NCBI GenBank assembly: GCA_004431415.1
Contig: QPMI01000138.1
Location: forward strand, 159,907 to 223,906
Length of the DNA stretch: 64,000 nt
From: Cyanophora paradoxa CCMP329
Taxonomy: Eukaryota > Plantae > Glaucophyta
Direction: 5' to 3'
Part shown: positions 1 through 12,510 of the stretch, one piece after another
Numbering within the stretch: position 1 is the first letter of the stretch
Layout of the letters: each line of letters starts with the position of its first letter
The notes under the pieces: generated by a model
Seen by the model: the letters and a program-made list of their open reading frames with translations, nothing else
Databases searched by the model: none
Told to the model about the DNA's origin: nothing
Program-made: the position numbers and the translations under genes

Positions 1-397
1 CCGTCGACAGTTGGGGTACGCATTCACTTGCAAGATTAAAACGATTACTCTCTGGCCAAATATTAATGCATATGCATGGACAGGCAGGTCCGGCCAGCTG
101 CAGGCAGGAAACTTTTATAACTATATGAAGGGGAAGGCAAGCTTGCAATTGAAGGGAGGGACTCCGGGAGGGAGGGATCGGGCCCGGGTGCTGCGGGTGC
201 CATGCTGCGCGCGGTCTGGCACCGTTTGAAACACTATCTTTGTACATGTACCTATAGCATTCTGGTTCGATTGCAATCAGCTAAAGTTCTGCGACGCGAC
301 TATAGGCTCGAGCAATTGCAACTCTGCAAGGCGGACAGGGAAGTGGGAAGAGAGGGATCGATGGCTGCGGGTTTGCGGTGAGAGAGGTGCCGAGCGC

Positions 398-2496
398 TCA
401 GCGCGGAGCGGCGGGCGCCTGCGCGCCGCTGAGGAGCACGGCCGCGGGGATCGCGGTGCCGCCGGAGTACACAGCGAAGGCGGGGGGGCCAGTGAAGACC
501 GGGCCCGGCGGGAGGAACGTGGGGTACGCGAGCACGGAGAAGGGGGCGGAGGGGGCGGAGGGGTCCCCCGCAGGCGGCGGCGGGGGCATGGGCTGGAGCG
601 GGGCGGCGGGGGCGGCGGCGGGTGCGCGTGGGGCGCGAGGAAGCTCGCCACCTCGCGCAGGACCGCCTCCCGCACCATGTTCCGGATCGCAGCGGTGTCC
701 AGCCCAGGGGCCGACGGCGGCAGCGCCCGCGCCCCTGCGCCTGCCCCGCCCACGCCTCCGCCGCCGTCCGCTTGCGGTCCGGCGGGGCGGCGGGCGCCCC
801 GTGGTGGGCCGGCGGACCGGCGGGGAGGGGGTGGGCGCCGGGGCGGGTGAGGGGGAGGCGGCCGGGGCGAGGAAGGCGCCGGGGTGGAAAGCGGGGGGGG
901 CCGGGGGCGGGGGCGGGTGGTGGGAGCTCGAAGCGGGGGCAGGGGCCGGAACGGCGGGCGCGGCGGGGTTCGGAGGGCCGGAGGGGGGGCGGGTGTACCC
1001 CGGCGCCACGAAATCAACCTTGGACTGGGGAGCGGCTGCGTCCGGCGCGGCGCCCGTGACGCGCTTGTGCATCGCGGCCGAGTGCGCGTTCCACCACCTG
1101 CGCCGAGGTTCAAGCAGGGTACAGGTAACTCCGGCGAAGCCCTTGAGGGGGGGCTGTACCGGTAGAAGCTGGCGGCCTGCTCCGGGGACACCGATTTGAT
1201 GGCCTGCGGGAGGTCGGACGGGGCGGCGAAGGGGGTACAGGGGTGCAGCGGGGGTACGCGGACCTCGGGGGCGAAGGACTGGAGGTACCAGGCGCCCTCG
1301 GGCTCGAGGCGCGACCAGAGGCGCTGCATCGCCGCCGTCAGCTCTCGCACTGTCCTCGCGCCCCTCCGCAGCTGCCCCGGCCCCGCGCTCAGCGCCGGCC
1401 AGGGGAGCCGGACGCGCCGGGGTACGCGAGCGCGAACCCGGTCGAGGCGCTCCGAGTTCCCTTCGACGAGGCGACAGATCGTCTGGCGGCGAGCCGGTCG
1501 GACCGGGGGAGAGCGGGGGGAGAACGAGGGGGGATGAGGGCAACACGCGGGCCGCGGGAGCTATGCTCGCTAGCACCCGAAAAGCTGAGCGCGCGGGCGT
1601 GACGTCGCGGACCTCCCGCTGGGGCATGGTCATGTTCTGGTGGTGCGGGCCGTCCGACTCGTCGATGGCGTGCAGCAGGGGGTCCGCCGGATCTGCGCCC
1701 CGCTGGTCGTCAGGCGGCGGCGCGGCGCGGAGCGGGGGGACACGCCCGGCAGGCGTGAATGCGCGCACTCGCGCCGGAACGCTTCATTTGGGCCCACGTT
1801 GATAGGAACCACGAGCGCACTTCCTGCGGGGCCGCGGGTCAACGACACGGCGAGCGGCGCGGGGACGGCGCGGGGGCCGCACCAGCTGCGCCACAGCCGG
1901 GATGATGTTCGAGAGGTCGGAGATGACGCGGCCGACGCTCGCGTGCGCCTCCTGCCGCACTTGGAGGGACTGCGTCAGCATCTCGCAGATCTTGTTCGTC
2001 AGCCTCTGCTCGATAAGCAGCCGCGTCGCCTCGATAAGCTCGGCATCTGCACGCCGGCGGATTGGCGTCAGCAGGCGGCATCAGATCCGGAATCCTCATT
2101 GCGGGGTCCCAGTTGCTGCCGGGCACCGGACGATACTAGCCTGCAGCAGTGTGAGCGCGTGAACGCGGCTGCATTCAAAAGCGAGAATATCTAGCACCCA
2201 GAAACGTTGGTTCTCTGCAGCTGCTTACGCAGCTTATTGACTTCCTGAGGGGCGGTCGCGCAGGTGAGCTAGAGCAACCGTTTCACGCCCCGCCTCGCCG
2301 CATGCACGGCATTGCACGCAACTGATCGAAGCAGCTCGTTCTCCTGGGCCAAGGAATGAAAGTTATTCTTCTTCTTGAGCCTCGCCCGCCTGGCTGACTC
2401 CCGCCGCGCGAGCTTCCGCTCGTCCTCCGAAGCATCCGGACCGGCGTGGGCTGAGCCCTCGCCTTCGCCCGAAGCGAGCTCCGTTGTCGGTTCCAT
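398..2496 (-). CDS. bZIP-domain transcription factor with long Pro/Ala-rich C-terminus (multi-exon)
   Basis: ATG at 2496. Basic region ERKLARRESARRARLKKK is followed by heptad Leu pattern HSLAQENELLRS|EVNKLRKQLQRTN after a GT-AG intron. Downstream exons are inferred from ORF fragments; the 3' end is approximate. Confidence 0.65.
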
Positions 2497-2744
2497 CAAT
2501 TGGGCCGCGGCGGAGCGGAGAAAGTCGCCGGACTTTCGATGAGGGCAGTTGCTTTCCGCGATCACCGCCTCCTGGAGTGAAGAAGGCTCAAAAAACGTGA
2601 ACTACATCGACGCCGGGACCACGGTCTCGCCGCGGCTCTGCTCGCTCGAAAGAGGTTGTACCCCCGAAAAGCAGGCACTGGGGCCGCGACGGCCTGCGGA
2701 AAACAGCTGCAGTCAGAACGAGGTAGAGGATCGAACACACGCGC

Positions 2745-5700
2745 ATGTCGGCCTTCGAGCCGGCTTTCGCCGGGGTCTCGACGGCCGCTCCGCTAAGAGA
2801 CGGCCGCCGCCTGCCGGCCGCGAGCTGTAGTCTCGCGCAGCCTCAGGACACTCCGTCGTGCAGCACGTCCGCCTTGCCGCTGGCCGCGCCGCCGCCGCGG
2901 CCGCGCTCGTTCGACGTCGGGGTGCCGTCTCACGCGTTCAGCCCTGCAAGCTGTTCTTCCGCCAGCGCGCGGTATGGTGCAGTTCATGATGTCAACAAGC
3001 GGAGGCATGCAGGACTTTCCCGGCCAGCGGGCGGCCGTCGCTTCCCGTCCCAATTCTGGGGCTGTCAGCGCGTGGATGCGGTCCGGAATCGCAGCCGTGG
3101 TATTCCCCAGCGACTTCCTGCGGCAGCCAGCTCGGCTGGCGAGGAAGGGACCAGCCCCGTGCGAGCGACGGCAGCTGGCCAACCAGACGCAGAAGACGCC
3201 ACGGAGACCGCAGCCTCCACAGCGCCTGCGATGACGCCCAGTGCTCTTCTAATGAAGTCCTACGAGGTCGCCGCGGACGCCCACAAGCACCAACGGCGCA
3301 AGACCGGAGAGCCGTATGTCGCTCTTTGCCCTTCATCGCCTCTCACGCCCACGTCCTCTTGACGCGTTTCTACGCAGTTACGTGACGCACTGCGTCGAAA
3401 CATGCAACATCCTTGCTCGGTCTGAAAGCTTGCCGGCGGTTCGGCCCGTAGCTAACCGCTGGCGGGCAGGTTGATCAACAGCAAGGTCGGCGACGAGAGC
3501 GTCATCGAGCGTGGATTCGAGGGCATGTTCGGCCCTAACGAGAGCAACCTCATCGCGGCAGCCATGCTGCATGACACCGTCGAGGCGAGCGCGAGCAAGC
3601 GCACGCCGCCTTTTCGGGAGCCCGAGCTCTGACGCGCTCGCCCGCAGGACACCGACCTCACGCTGGAGGACATCGAGAAGATCTTCGGCGCGGAGGTCGC
3701 GGAGATGGTTGACGGGGTGCGGGCCCCACCGCCGCCCCCGCCGCCCCGCCGTCCCGGCGAGCCGATGCGCGCGGGGGCAGGTCACTAAGCTGAACAAGAT
3801 CAACGCGCTGACGCGGACGCGGACGGCGGACCCCGAGAAAGAGCCGCCCGTGGCGGCGGCGACGTCGAGCCTGCCGCGCGGCAACGCGGACTACCTGCGC
3901 AAGATCTTCCTCTCCATGGCCCGCGACGTCCGCGTCATCCTCATCAAGCTCGCCGACCGCCTCCACAACATGCGCACGCTCCAGGGTCCGCCCGCCCGCC
4001 CGCCCCGCACCGCAACCTCCCTCCCGCCCGCCCGAGTTGACGCGCCGGCCGCCCGCCTGCGCAGGCCTCTCGCGGCCGAAGCAGATCAAGATCGCGCAGG
4101 AGACGCTGGACATCTTCGCGCCGCTGGCCTCGCGCCTGGGCATCGGCCTGGTCGAGGCCGAGCTGGAGGGTGCGCGCCGCCCGCCGCCCGCCGCCCGCCG
4201 CCCCCGCCCTCCGGCGCTGACGCCGGCGCCGCGCAGACCTGTGCTTTCAGTACTTGCACCCGACGCTGCACGAGGAGCTTGCGGGGCAGGCGGCGGCCCG
4301 CGAGGCGGAGAGCGCCAGCTACCGCGAGCGGGTCGAGCGCACCCTCAAGGTGCCGCACGCCCCTCCGCCTCCGTCCCTCCTCGCCCCGCGCGCCGCGCCG
4401 CGCCGAGTTGACCCCGTGGACGGCGGCAGGCGCGGCTTCACGAGGAGCACGTGCTCTCGGACATCCAGGCGGTCCCCAAGCGGCTGCAGCGCATCCACCA
4501 GGTCATGGCGGCCACCGGGAAGGACTTCGAGCAGGCGCGCCCCCTCCCTCCCGCTTCCCCCCCTTTCCTTTCCTTTTCTTTCCTTTTCTAACGGCGCGCG
4601 GCGGAACGGGGCAGGTGTACGACGTGGAGACGATCCGCATCCTGGTACCCACCGCCCGGGACTGCTACATCGCCCTGGGGGTCGTCCACGTGCGCCCGTC
4701 GGCCCCGCCCCGCCCTCCTCCGGCGTGGCCCGAGCCCCGGGCAGAACCTGTGGAAGCCGATCCCGGGGGAGCTCCACGACTACATCGCGAACGCCAAGAA
4801 CAACCACTACCAGGTACCCCCCACGCCCCGCCCCGCCCCGCCCCGCCCCCCCTCGTCCCGCCGCCTCCCCGTGAGCCGCGCCGCGCGCGCGTGCGCGCGC
4901 AGGCGCTGCACTCGACGGTGTGCGGGCTGGACGGGAAGCTCATCTGCGTGCGGATCTGCACGCGCGAGATGTTTTACCTCGCGCAATACGGCATCGCCGC
5001 CCACTGGCGCTACCAGTCCGAGCTCGCCGTCCTCTCCTCCGTCCGCCCCCGCCCCCCCGCCCCCCGCCGCCCCCGCCGGAGCTCACGCTGGCCCGCCGGC
5101 CTGCAGGGCGACTCGCGCGAGCTCCGCTGGCTCCGCTCCGTCCTCGACTGGAAGACCGGGGACGGCCTCTTCGACGCCGAGGAGTTCATGGCGCGCCCCG
5201 GGCCCCGGGCCCCGGGCGCCCGCCTCGTCCGCGGCCCCCCGCCTCGCTCACGCCGCCCCGCAGAAGTCGGTGCGGTCGGACATCCTGCCCGAGCGGGCGA
5301 TCGTCTTCACGCCCTCGGGGGCCACCGTCGAGCTCCCCCTCGGCGCCACCCCCATCGACTACGCCTACGAGTGCGCCCCGCCCGAGGCGCGCGCGCTCTG
5401 CTCTGAGCGGGCGGGGCGGGCAGGGTCGGGGGCACGGGGCTGGGCCACCGGGCGCGGGGCGCGCGCGTGAACGGGCAGTTCGTGCCGCTCAACTACTGCC
5501 TCAAGGACGGGGACCAGGTGGAGATCATGACGTCGAAGAGCGCGCTGCGGGGCCCGCGGCTCGCCTGGCTCAACCCCCACCTCAACTACGTGCACACGCA
5601 GCGGGCCCGCGCCGGCATCCGCTCCTACTTCGCGCTCCAGGACGAGTCCCTGAATGTCGTCGAGGGCCTGAACGAGCTCGAGCGCGAGCTCACGATGCTC

Positions 5701-7109
5701 GGCGTCCGCTACCGGCCGGCCCCCGTCACGCGCCTCCTGCGGGCCTGCCGGCCGCAGGCCCCCTCCCTCGGCGAGGAGGCCGAGGCCGCCGCCGAGGAGG
5801 AGGACGGGGAGGAGCAGGGCGTGCCGGACGTGCTGGGGCACATCGCGGCCGAGCACGGGTGCGCACGCCCGGGCCGGGCGCCCCGCGCGCCGTCCCGAGC
5901 GGAGGCGCCGGCAGGTTCGCGCGGGACATGCGGGGGAGGGTGGAGCTGCTGGCGGCGATCGGGCGGGGCGAGATCTCCGCCCAGACCGCCGGCGCCGGCG
6001 CCTTCGACCGGCAGTGGGCCACCGACGAGTTCCCCGCGTGCGCCCCCCGCCCCCCGCCGGCCGACCCCCGCTTCCCTTCGTGAGGCCGTGCGGGCGGGCG
6101 GGCAGGGCCGAGGAGGCGGCGGCGGCGGCCGAGGATCCCGCAGAGGAGCCGGCGCCGGGGGCCGCGGCGCTGAGCATCCGCGGCGTCGGCTCGTTCGCGC
6201 CGAAGCTCGCCAAGTGCTGCGACCCTTTCCCCGGTGCGCCAGCGCCGTACCCCCCGTCCTCCCCCTCCCCCCTCCCCCTCTCACGCCTCGGGCAGGGGAC
6301 GACGTCGTGGGGCACCTGACGCGCGGGGGCCGCTTCGTCGCCATCCACCGCCGCGCCTGCAAGAACATCCTCGCCAAGGTACCCCCGCCCCCCCGCCCGC
6401 CCCCGCCCCCGCCCCCCGCCTCCCAACGCGGCCCTCAAATGCAGGAGAACACGGAGCACTTCATCAAGGTGGAGTGGGGCGCCGACCGCCAGCGCCACCG
6501 GCCCGTCCGCGTCCTCGTCAAGGCGCGCCTCCCTCCCTCCCTGAGAAGACGGGCCCCGGCCCGACTGACGAACGGCCCCCTCCTCCTCCGCCCCCGCCGC
6601 GCAGGCGTTCGACAGGGACGGCCTCCTCTCGGACGTCGTCTCCATCGTCGCCCAGGAGAAGGCCCGCCCGCCCCCTCTTTAGCTCTCGTCTGTTGCGTCC
6701 CGCCCCCCTCGCCTGAGCGGCCTCGTCTGCGCAGGTGAACATGAGCGAGTGCCAGTCGAGCTGCGCGGAGGGCGTCTGCTCCACCGCACAGATCCGCGCC
6801 GTCCTCGAGGCGAGCCTTCCCCCCTCCTCGCCGCCCGCCCTGCCCGCCCTGCCCGCTGCCTGCCTGCCCTGCCTTCCTGACTCGCCCCCTCGCCCCCGCG
6901 CGCAGGTGAAGAGCGGGCACCAGCTGGCCCGCATCCTTCACCTCATCTCCCACCTCCCCAACGTTCAGTACGCCTGCCGCCCCTACCGCAACGACGGTCC
7001 GCCCCGCGCCCCCGGGCCCGGGTCCCTTCCCCCCTCCTCGCCCCCGCCGACCACGCCGCACCCCGCAGCGGCGAACATTCCGCTGAACGCGTGGAACAAG
7101 ATCCAATGA
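2745..7109 (+). CDS. RSH: Long RelA/SpoT homolog (RSH): transit peptide + HD hydrolase + degenerate synthetase + TGS + ZFD/CC + ACT; ~23 introns
   Basis: Spliced motifs: RRKTGEPY, AMLHDTVE|DT, VILIKLADRLHNMRTL, AQETLDIFAPLASRLGI, YQALHST, GIAAHWRY. TGS: VFTPSG..LPLGATPIDYAY..VNGQFVPL...[58 protein letters not shown]. Ser/Ala-rich MSAF- leader. Confidence 0.95.
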
Positions 7110-8142
7110 GGCGCCGGCCCGGCCCTGCCTTCCCTCTTCCTCCTCGTCTTCCGTCCCCTTCTCCTCCGGCGGGACCGCCCCCCGCCCCCCTGTACTTTAC
7201 CCCTTAGGCTTTCAAGATGCATATGCGACATCGACATTCAGCCCCCTTTTCATACCATACCCCACGCGCCCAGCGTGTACAGAGCGCGCCCCTCTACCCC
7301 TCCTCTTCTCCCCCTTTCTCCTCCTCCCTTGCGGCCTCTTCCGCGTTGTACCCCTTGCCTGCCGAGCTCGCTTCACGCCTGCCCTCGTAGCATGGACATT
7401 CCAGATTTTCACCAACTCCGTGTGCTGTCTAAATATTTTGTGTTCGCAATTTCCTCTGGTTCACTGTACAGGCGCTCTGCGACCTGTCTTTTGCCTCGTT
7501 GTGTGAATAGATGTTGTGTGATGATTGTCAATGGCTTCGAATCATTCACGTGCCGAGGCGCCGACTCGAGGGCCGAGGATGTGCGGCGTCGGGGGAAACG
7601 GTTCTCGCATCCGTTGCAATTAGATCCTTGCCGCGCCGCTACTGCATACTGGGTCTAGACGCCAATCGCGACTTCTAGCAGTTCTACGGCCCGCGGCGGT
7701 GCTAGTCACGACTATAATAATTATAATTACATGTACATCCCGCGCGCGAGCTCAGTGTCGACGTCGAGTGCGTGCGCATGCATCGGTGAAATTCGAAGCC
7801 GGACAGCTGTACATGTCCAGGTGATATTACAACATTTGATTTCGAAGCAATTATACTGCAACAGTGTTCCGAGGCGCGTCCGGCCGCGTGGCGAACTACC
7901 GCAGGTCGGAGCCGAGCGACCGCAGGCGGCCAGACAAAAAAGAGGGCATCCGCAGAAACACATGGGAAGCTAGTCGCTAAAGCTGCCGCTGGGGGATTCC
8001 TTTCAAGTTTCGACGTCTGCCGGCGACGGGATCGATCGAGTGCCGCCGGCAGGGCCCGAGGTGGACGTATGTGCACTTAGGGGTGGTTGACGAGCATCCT
8101 GCGCGGAGCGAGGGCGTCTGAATCAGCGAGGGAGATCAAATG

Positions 8143-9291
8143 TCACACCGAGACCGGATCGAAACGGACGCACTCCTTCGCGTGGTCCTCGTCAAGGATG
8201 ACGAACTTCTTGAGGCGGCCGTCGAAGCAGTAGACGTCGCCCGTGCCTGCGCGCGCCGGTCTGCTCAGGCGGCGCGGGGCCCAGCGAGCGAGCGCAGCCG
8301 CTGGCGGGCGGGCGACGGCCGCACCGATGTCGAACCACCAGGCGTGGAGGTCGAGCTTGCCCTCCTTCATGCGCTGCGCCACGATCGGGTACGAGCGGAT
8401 GTTCTGGAGCTGGTGGAGGGTGTTGAGCTGGGAGAGCTGCGCCGGGCGTCAGCGGCGGCGAGCGCGGTCCCGCGCGACCTGCGCGGCTGCGCGCACCTGG
8501 TTGGCGACGCTCCAGGACGAGTCGAGGACCTCGCCGGCGATGAGGCGCTTCGCGGCCGGGAAGGCGTACTTAAGCCACAGGTCGAGGTGGGGCGGCAGCT
8601 TGGGCTTCTCCTGAATCTCCGGGTTCACCAGCGCGTTGGTCGCTGCCCCGCGCGCGCGTCCGGTCAGCCGCCAGCCGACGAGCGGGGGCGCCGACGGAGC
8701 GCGCGCGCGAGCGGCAGGACGCACCAACCATGGCGCCGCACTCGGAGTGGCCGCAGACGACGATGTCGCGGACGTTGAGCATCTGGACCGAGAACTCGAC
8801 CGCTGCGCCCTCGGACAGCATGTCCTCGTCCTTCACGCCGGCCGCTGTGGCGCGCGGCGAAACATCAGCATAGGCCCGCGCGGTGCGGGACGAGGATGCG
8901 ACGTACGCGGAACGATGTTGCCGACGTTACGCATGACGAAGACGTCGCCGGGGTTGGTGGACGAGAAGAGGTTCGGCACGACGCGCTGCGAACGCGCAAT
9001 CGCCGCATAAGCCATCGCGATGCGCGTCCGGCGTGCTGCTGCGGTCGAAGGCGCACCGAGTCCGAGCAAGCAACGAAAAGACAGTCCGGCTTCTGGCCTG
9101 TAGCGGCGCTCAGACACGTCGCCGCGCGACGGCTAAGTTAGCAGGCGACCGCGTACCGTGCCGCAGGGAGGCGAAGTGCCCCCGCATGCTGCCGTACGCG
9201 TCGGCGGCGGCCGGACCGTGGAGGGGCGGCGCGCGCACCTCGGCAGCAGGCGCCGGCGGAAGTCGAGCACACCCTCTACGAGCCTACGCAT
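8143..9291 (-). CDS. Beta-class carbonic anhydrase (multi-exon)
   Basis: MRRLVEGVLDFR...GQKPDCLFVACSDS|RVVPNLFSSTNPGDVFVMRNVGNIVP, AVEFSVQMLNVRDIVVCGHSECGAM, LHAWWFDI. Zn ligands CxDxR and HxxC are intact. Confidence 0.95.
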
Positions 9292-9844
9292 CTTTCCTGC
9301 TGTCTAGAACTACGGGGAGCTCCTGTCGGCTGCTGTCTGTGCGACTGAAGTCGGCCCAACTATGAGCACCTAGATCAAGCCAAGTTGAACCTGTGCGGCG
9401 AAAACGGGGTACGGGACTCAAAACTTATGATAGTGCATCGCCCCTATAATTACTCACCGGTCACGCCCCCGCACGCCCCCGTACCGCCTTCCCCTCGCCA
9501 CCCGAACCGAACCCGACCGAGCACACCTTCCCCGGGCTCTCCAGCGCGTTGCAGGGACTGGTGAGTGGGTCGCCTGGAGGGGGTACAAGGAACCCAGCGG
9601 ACCGAGGGGTACGGAAGACTTGTGAATTCCCCCCTAGGCGTAATATACGCAACCGGATGGACCAGCCTGTAGGTGCGCGTGCGCGTGCAGGGCCACTGCA
9701 GGCGTAGCTGCAGCAACGCACGTATGCAACGCAGCAGAAGCACACGCGCGCGGGAGTGAGATATAACAGCAACAGCAGCAAAGCAAACAAAAGGCGTGCA
9801 CGCTCGGCTGCCCTGCAGCCGATATCCTGCAAGCGAGCTCTGCA

Positions 9845-12475
9845 ATGGGATCGATCATCAGCGGGTGCAGCCCTAAAGTGGGCGCGAGCGGCGAGCACGC
9901 GCCAGCCACATTAGCTAGCCCTACCGGTACCGCGGCCGCGGCCGCGTGCACGTGGCCGGAGGAATTCGATAGTCGCGGCTCGGAAGAGAGGAAACCGCAG
10001 ACGCGAGCGGCCGATCCCGATGCGCGCGCCGGCGCCGAGAAGGCGCGCGGCGGGTGGCCATGGACGTCGGAGCTCGGAATGGCCGCGGGGCTCGACTTGA
10101 CGCAGACGGACCGCAAGCTCAACGTGTACGCGAGCGTGCAGCCGCAGCCGCGAGGCTCCCTTTCGTCGCTGGAGGGATTTTTGCATCCCCCATCGACGTC
10201 GGAAATTCCCGAGCTGCATCTGCAGAGCCCGAGCGCCTCGGATGTCGAGGCCGGGCCCGAGGCTGCAGCTGGGGTGGACGTCGACGTCGACGATGTCAAT
10301 CGTGAGGGCCCTGATCATGATCGTGATGGGCACATGTGCACCTTCTTGGACGGTGCGCGTTCCTCTCTGTTCTCGCCGTCGCGGCCGCCGCATAGTTTAG
10401 ATCTGAGCCTCCGCCGACCGCAGCCTACGCGCTCGGGACCTTCGGTCCAGATGAGGCGCGCGCGCCCTGCCCCGCGCTTGATGGGCGATCACAGCCTCTG
10501 ATTCTATCCCGCGGCGTGCGCGCGCAGCCGCCGGCGCGGCCGCCGTGCTTCGCGGCGCCCTACCTCGTCGCCCCCAAGGTGCCGGCGCCCGCAGCCGCTC
10601 CTTATTTTGCCCCTCGGGTCTAGTTTCCGACGGGCTCGACGTCCGCGCGCGCAGGGCCCGGACGAGGCGGGGCGGCTGCGGCGGCTGCGGCGGCTGCAGC
10701 TCCTGGAGCGCGAGGGAAACGACGAGGAGGGCGCCCCCTTCGAGCGCCTCTCCAAGCTCGCCGCCGCCCTCCTCCGGGTGCAGTACCCCCCGCTCCCCCC
10801 CCCTCCCCGCCCGATGGGGCCGACGAGGCTGGACGTGTGCTTAGGGGCTCCGGCAGGTCCCGGTGGCCCTCGTCAGCATCGTGGACGCCGAAGAGTGCGC
10901 GTGCGCTGTAAATCGTCGACGGGCTCTGCCCTCCGCCCTGACTGCGTCTCCGTCTGATGGCAGGCAGCGGTTCGCGGGGCACGGGGGCGCGAAGCTGCCC
11001 CGGCGGGGCCGCTCGACGCGGGACCTCAGCTTCTGCGCCCACGCCATCCTCCGTGCCCGCTGCCCGCCCGCCCGCCCTCCTTCGATCCCGCCGCGCCCGT
11101 TTCGATCGGGCCGCCCCGCCCCGCCCCGGCCGGCAGGCAAGGAGGCGGACCCGATGGTGGTCGAGGACGCGCAGGCGGACTGGCGCTTCCGCGGGCACCC
11201 GATGGTCGCCGGGCCGCCCCACATCCGGCGCGCTTTTGCTCCCGTCCAAGTATCCGATCCCGGACTCGTGACTCGGCCGCGCGCGCAGGTTCTACGCGGG
11301 GGCGCCCCTCGTCACGAGCGACGGGCACCGCCTCGGCACCCTCTGGTGCCCGCCCCGCCCCGCCCCGCCCCGCCCCGCCCCGCCCCGGCCCCCCGGGCTT
11401 CCCCCCTGAGATCTAGATGACGTGGGGCAGCTGCATGGACTTCGCGCCACGGAGAATGTCGTCGGAGGAGCGCGCCCACCTCGCCGAGCTGGCCGCCACC
11501 GTCGTCCACGCCGCCGAGGTCCGCCGTGCCGTACCCCGGGCTCCGCGCCGGGTCTTCCCCCCCACCCCCCTCCCCCCATGGCTTCGCGCTCACCGGGGAT
11601 ATCAATGCGCGCGCGCCCTGCGGCAGCACCACGCCACAAGTGAGTGTACATGCGCGCGGGGGCGGCGAGGGCGCGCGGGGGCCCCGCCCGAGGGCCCCAG
11701 CGGCTGAAGTGTACCCCCGCAGAGCGCGCGACGCATCGCCAGTCTCGCCTCTCGGAGGCCGCTGCCCGCTTCGCCCTCGAGGCGCGCGCGTACCCCCCTC
11801 CCGGCCCAAAGCTTCCCCTCACGGAAGCTGTACCCCCCCGGACCGGAGCTTCCCCTCACGGAAGCTGTAACCCCGCAGGCCATGACCCTGCCCGACGAGG
11901 ATGCGGTGTACGAGCTGGCGCGCAGTACCCCCTGCCCTCGACGCCTTTTCCTGATTCGCGGGGCGGCAGGCGGCGGAGTCGGCGCACGCTGCGCTGGGGC
12001 TGGGGGCTCGCGGGGGGGTGACCCTCGCGGCTGCCGCGCCGCCGCTTGGCGAGGGCGGGGGCGAGTGCGGGGGGGCCTGGCCCGTGCGGACGATGCTTGT
12101 CGGGACGGAGCGGCGGGACCCCGCCGGCCGCGTCGTGGAGCGCGCCCCGGCTGCGCCGCCGCCGCCCTGGGGTGCGGCGGCTCGGCGCTCTGGGCGGGGG
12201 CGAGGGCGGGGCGGCGCCCGTGCCGGCGGTGGCGGCGGAGGCCGGGGCGGTGTCGGGGGTGCTGGCGGCGGCGGGGCGGACCGGCGGCTGCGTCGGGTGC
12301 TTCTCGGCCCGCGAGGACGAGGAGCTGCCCGACGAGGCGCGTACCCCCTCCCCCTCTTTCCCAACGTCCACCCCTCTGAAGCCGGCCGCCTCCGCAGGCG
12401 CTGGAGTTCGTGCGGCTGCTGGCGTCGGCGGCGACGGTCGTCGTCGAGCAGCAGCGCGCCCGCGCCGCCCTCCAG

Positions 12476-12510
<35 letters not shown>

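Noticed and set aside
11811-11875. Short tandem duplications (37-bp here; 23-bp at ~14528-14575; 15-bp at ~63833-63866)
   Set aside because: Two-copy local duplications with no further structure.
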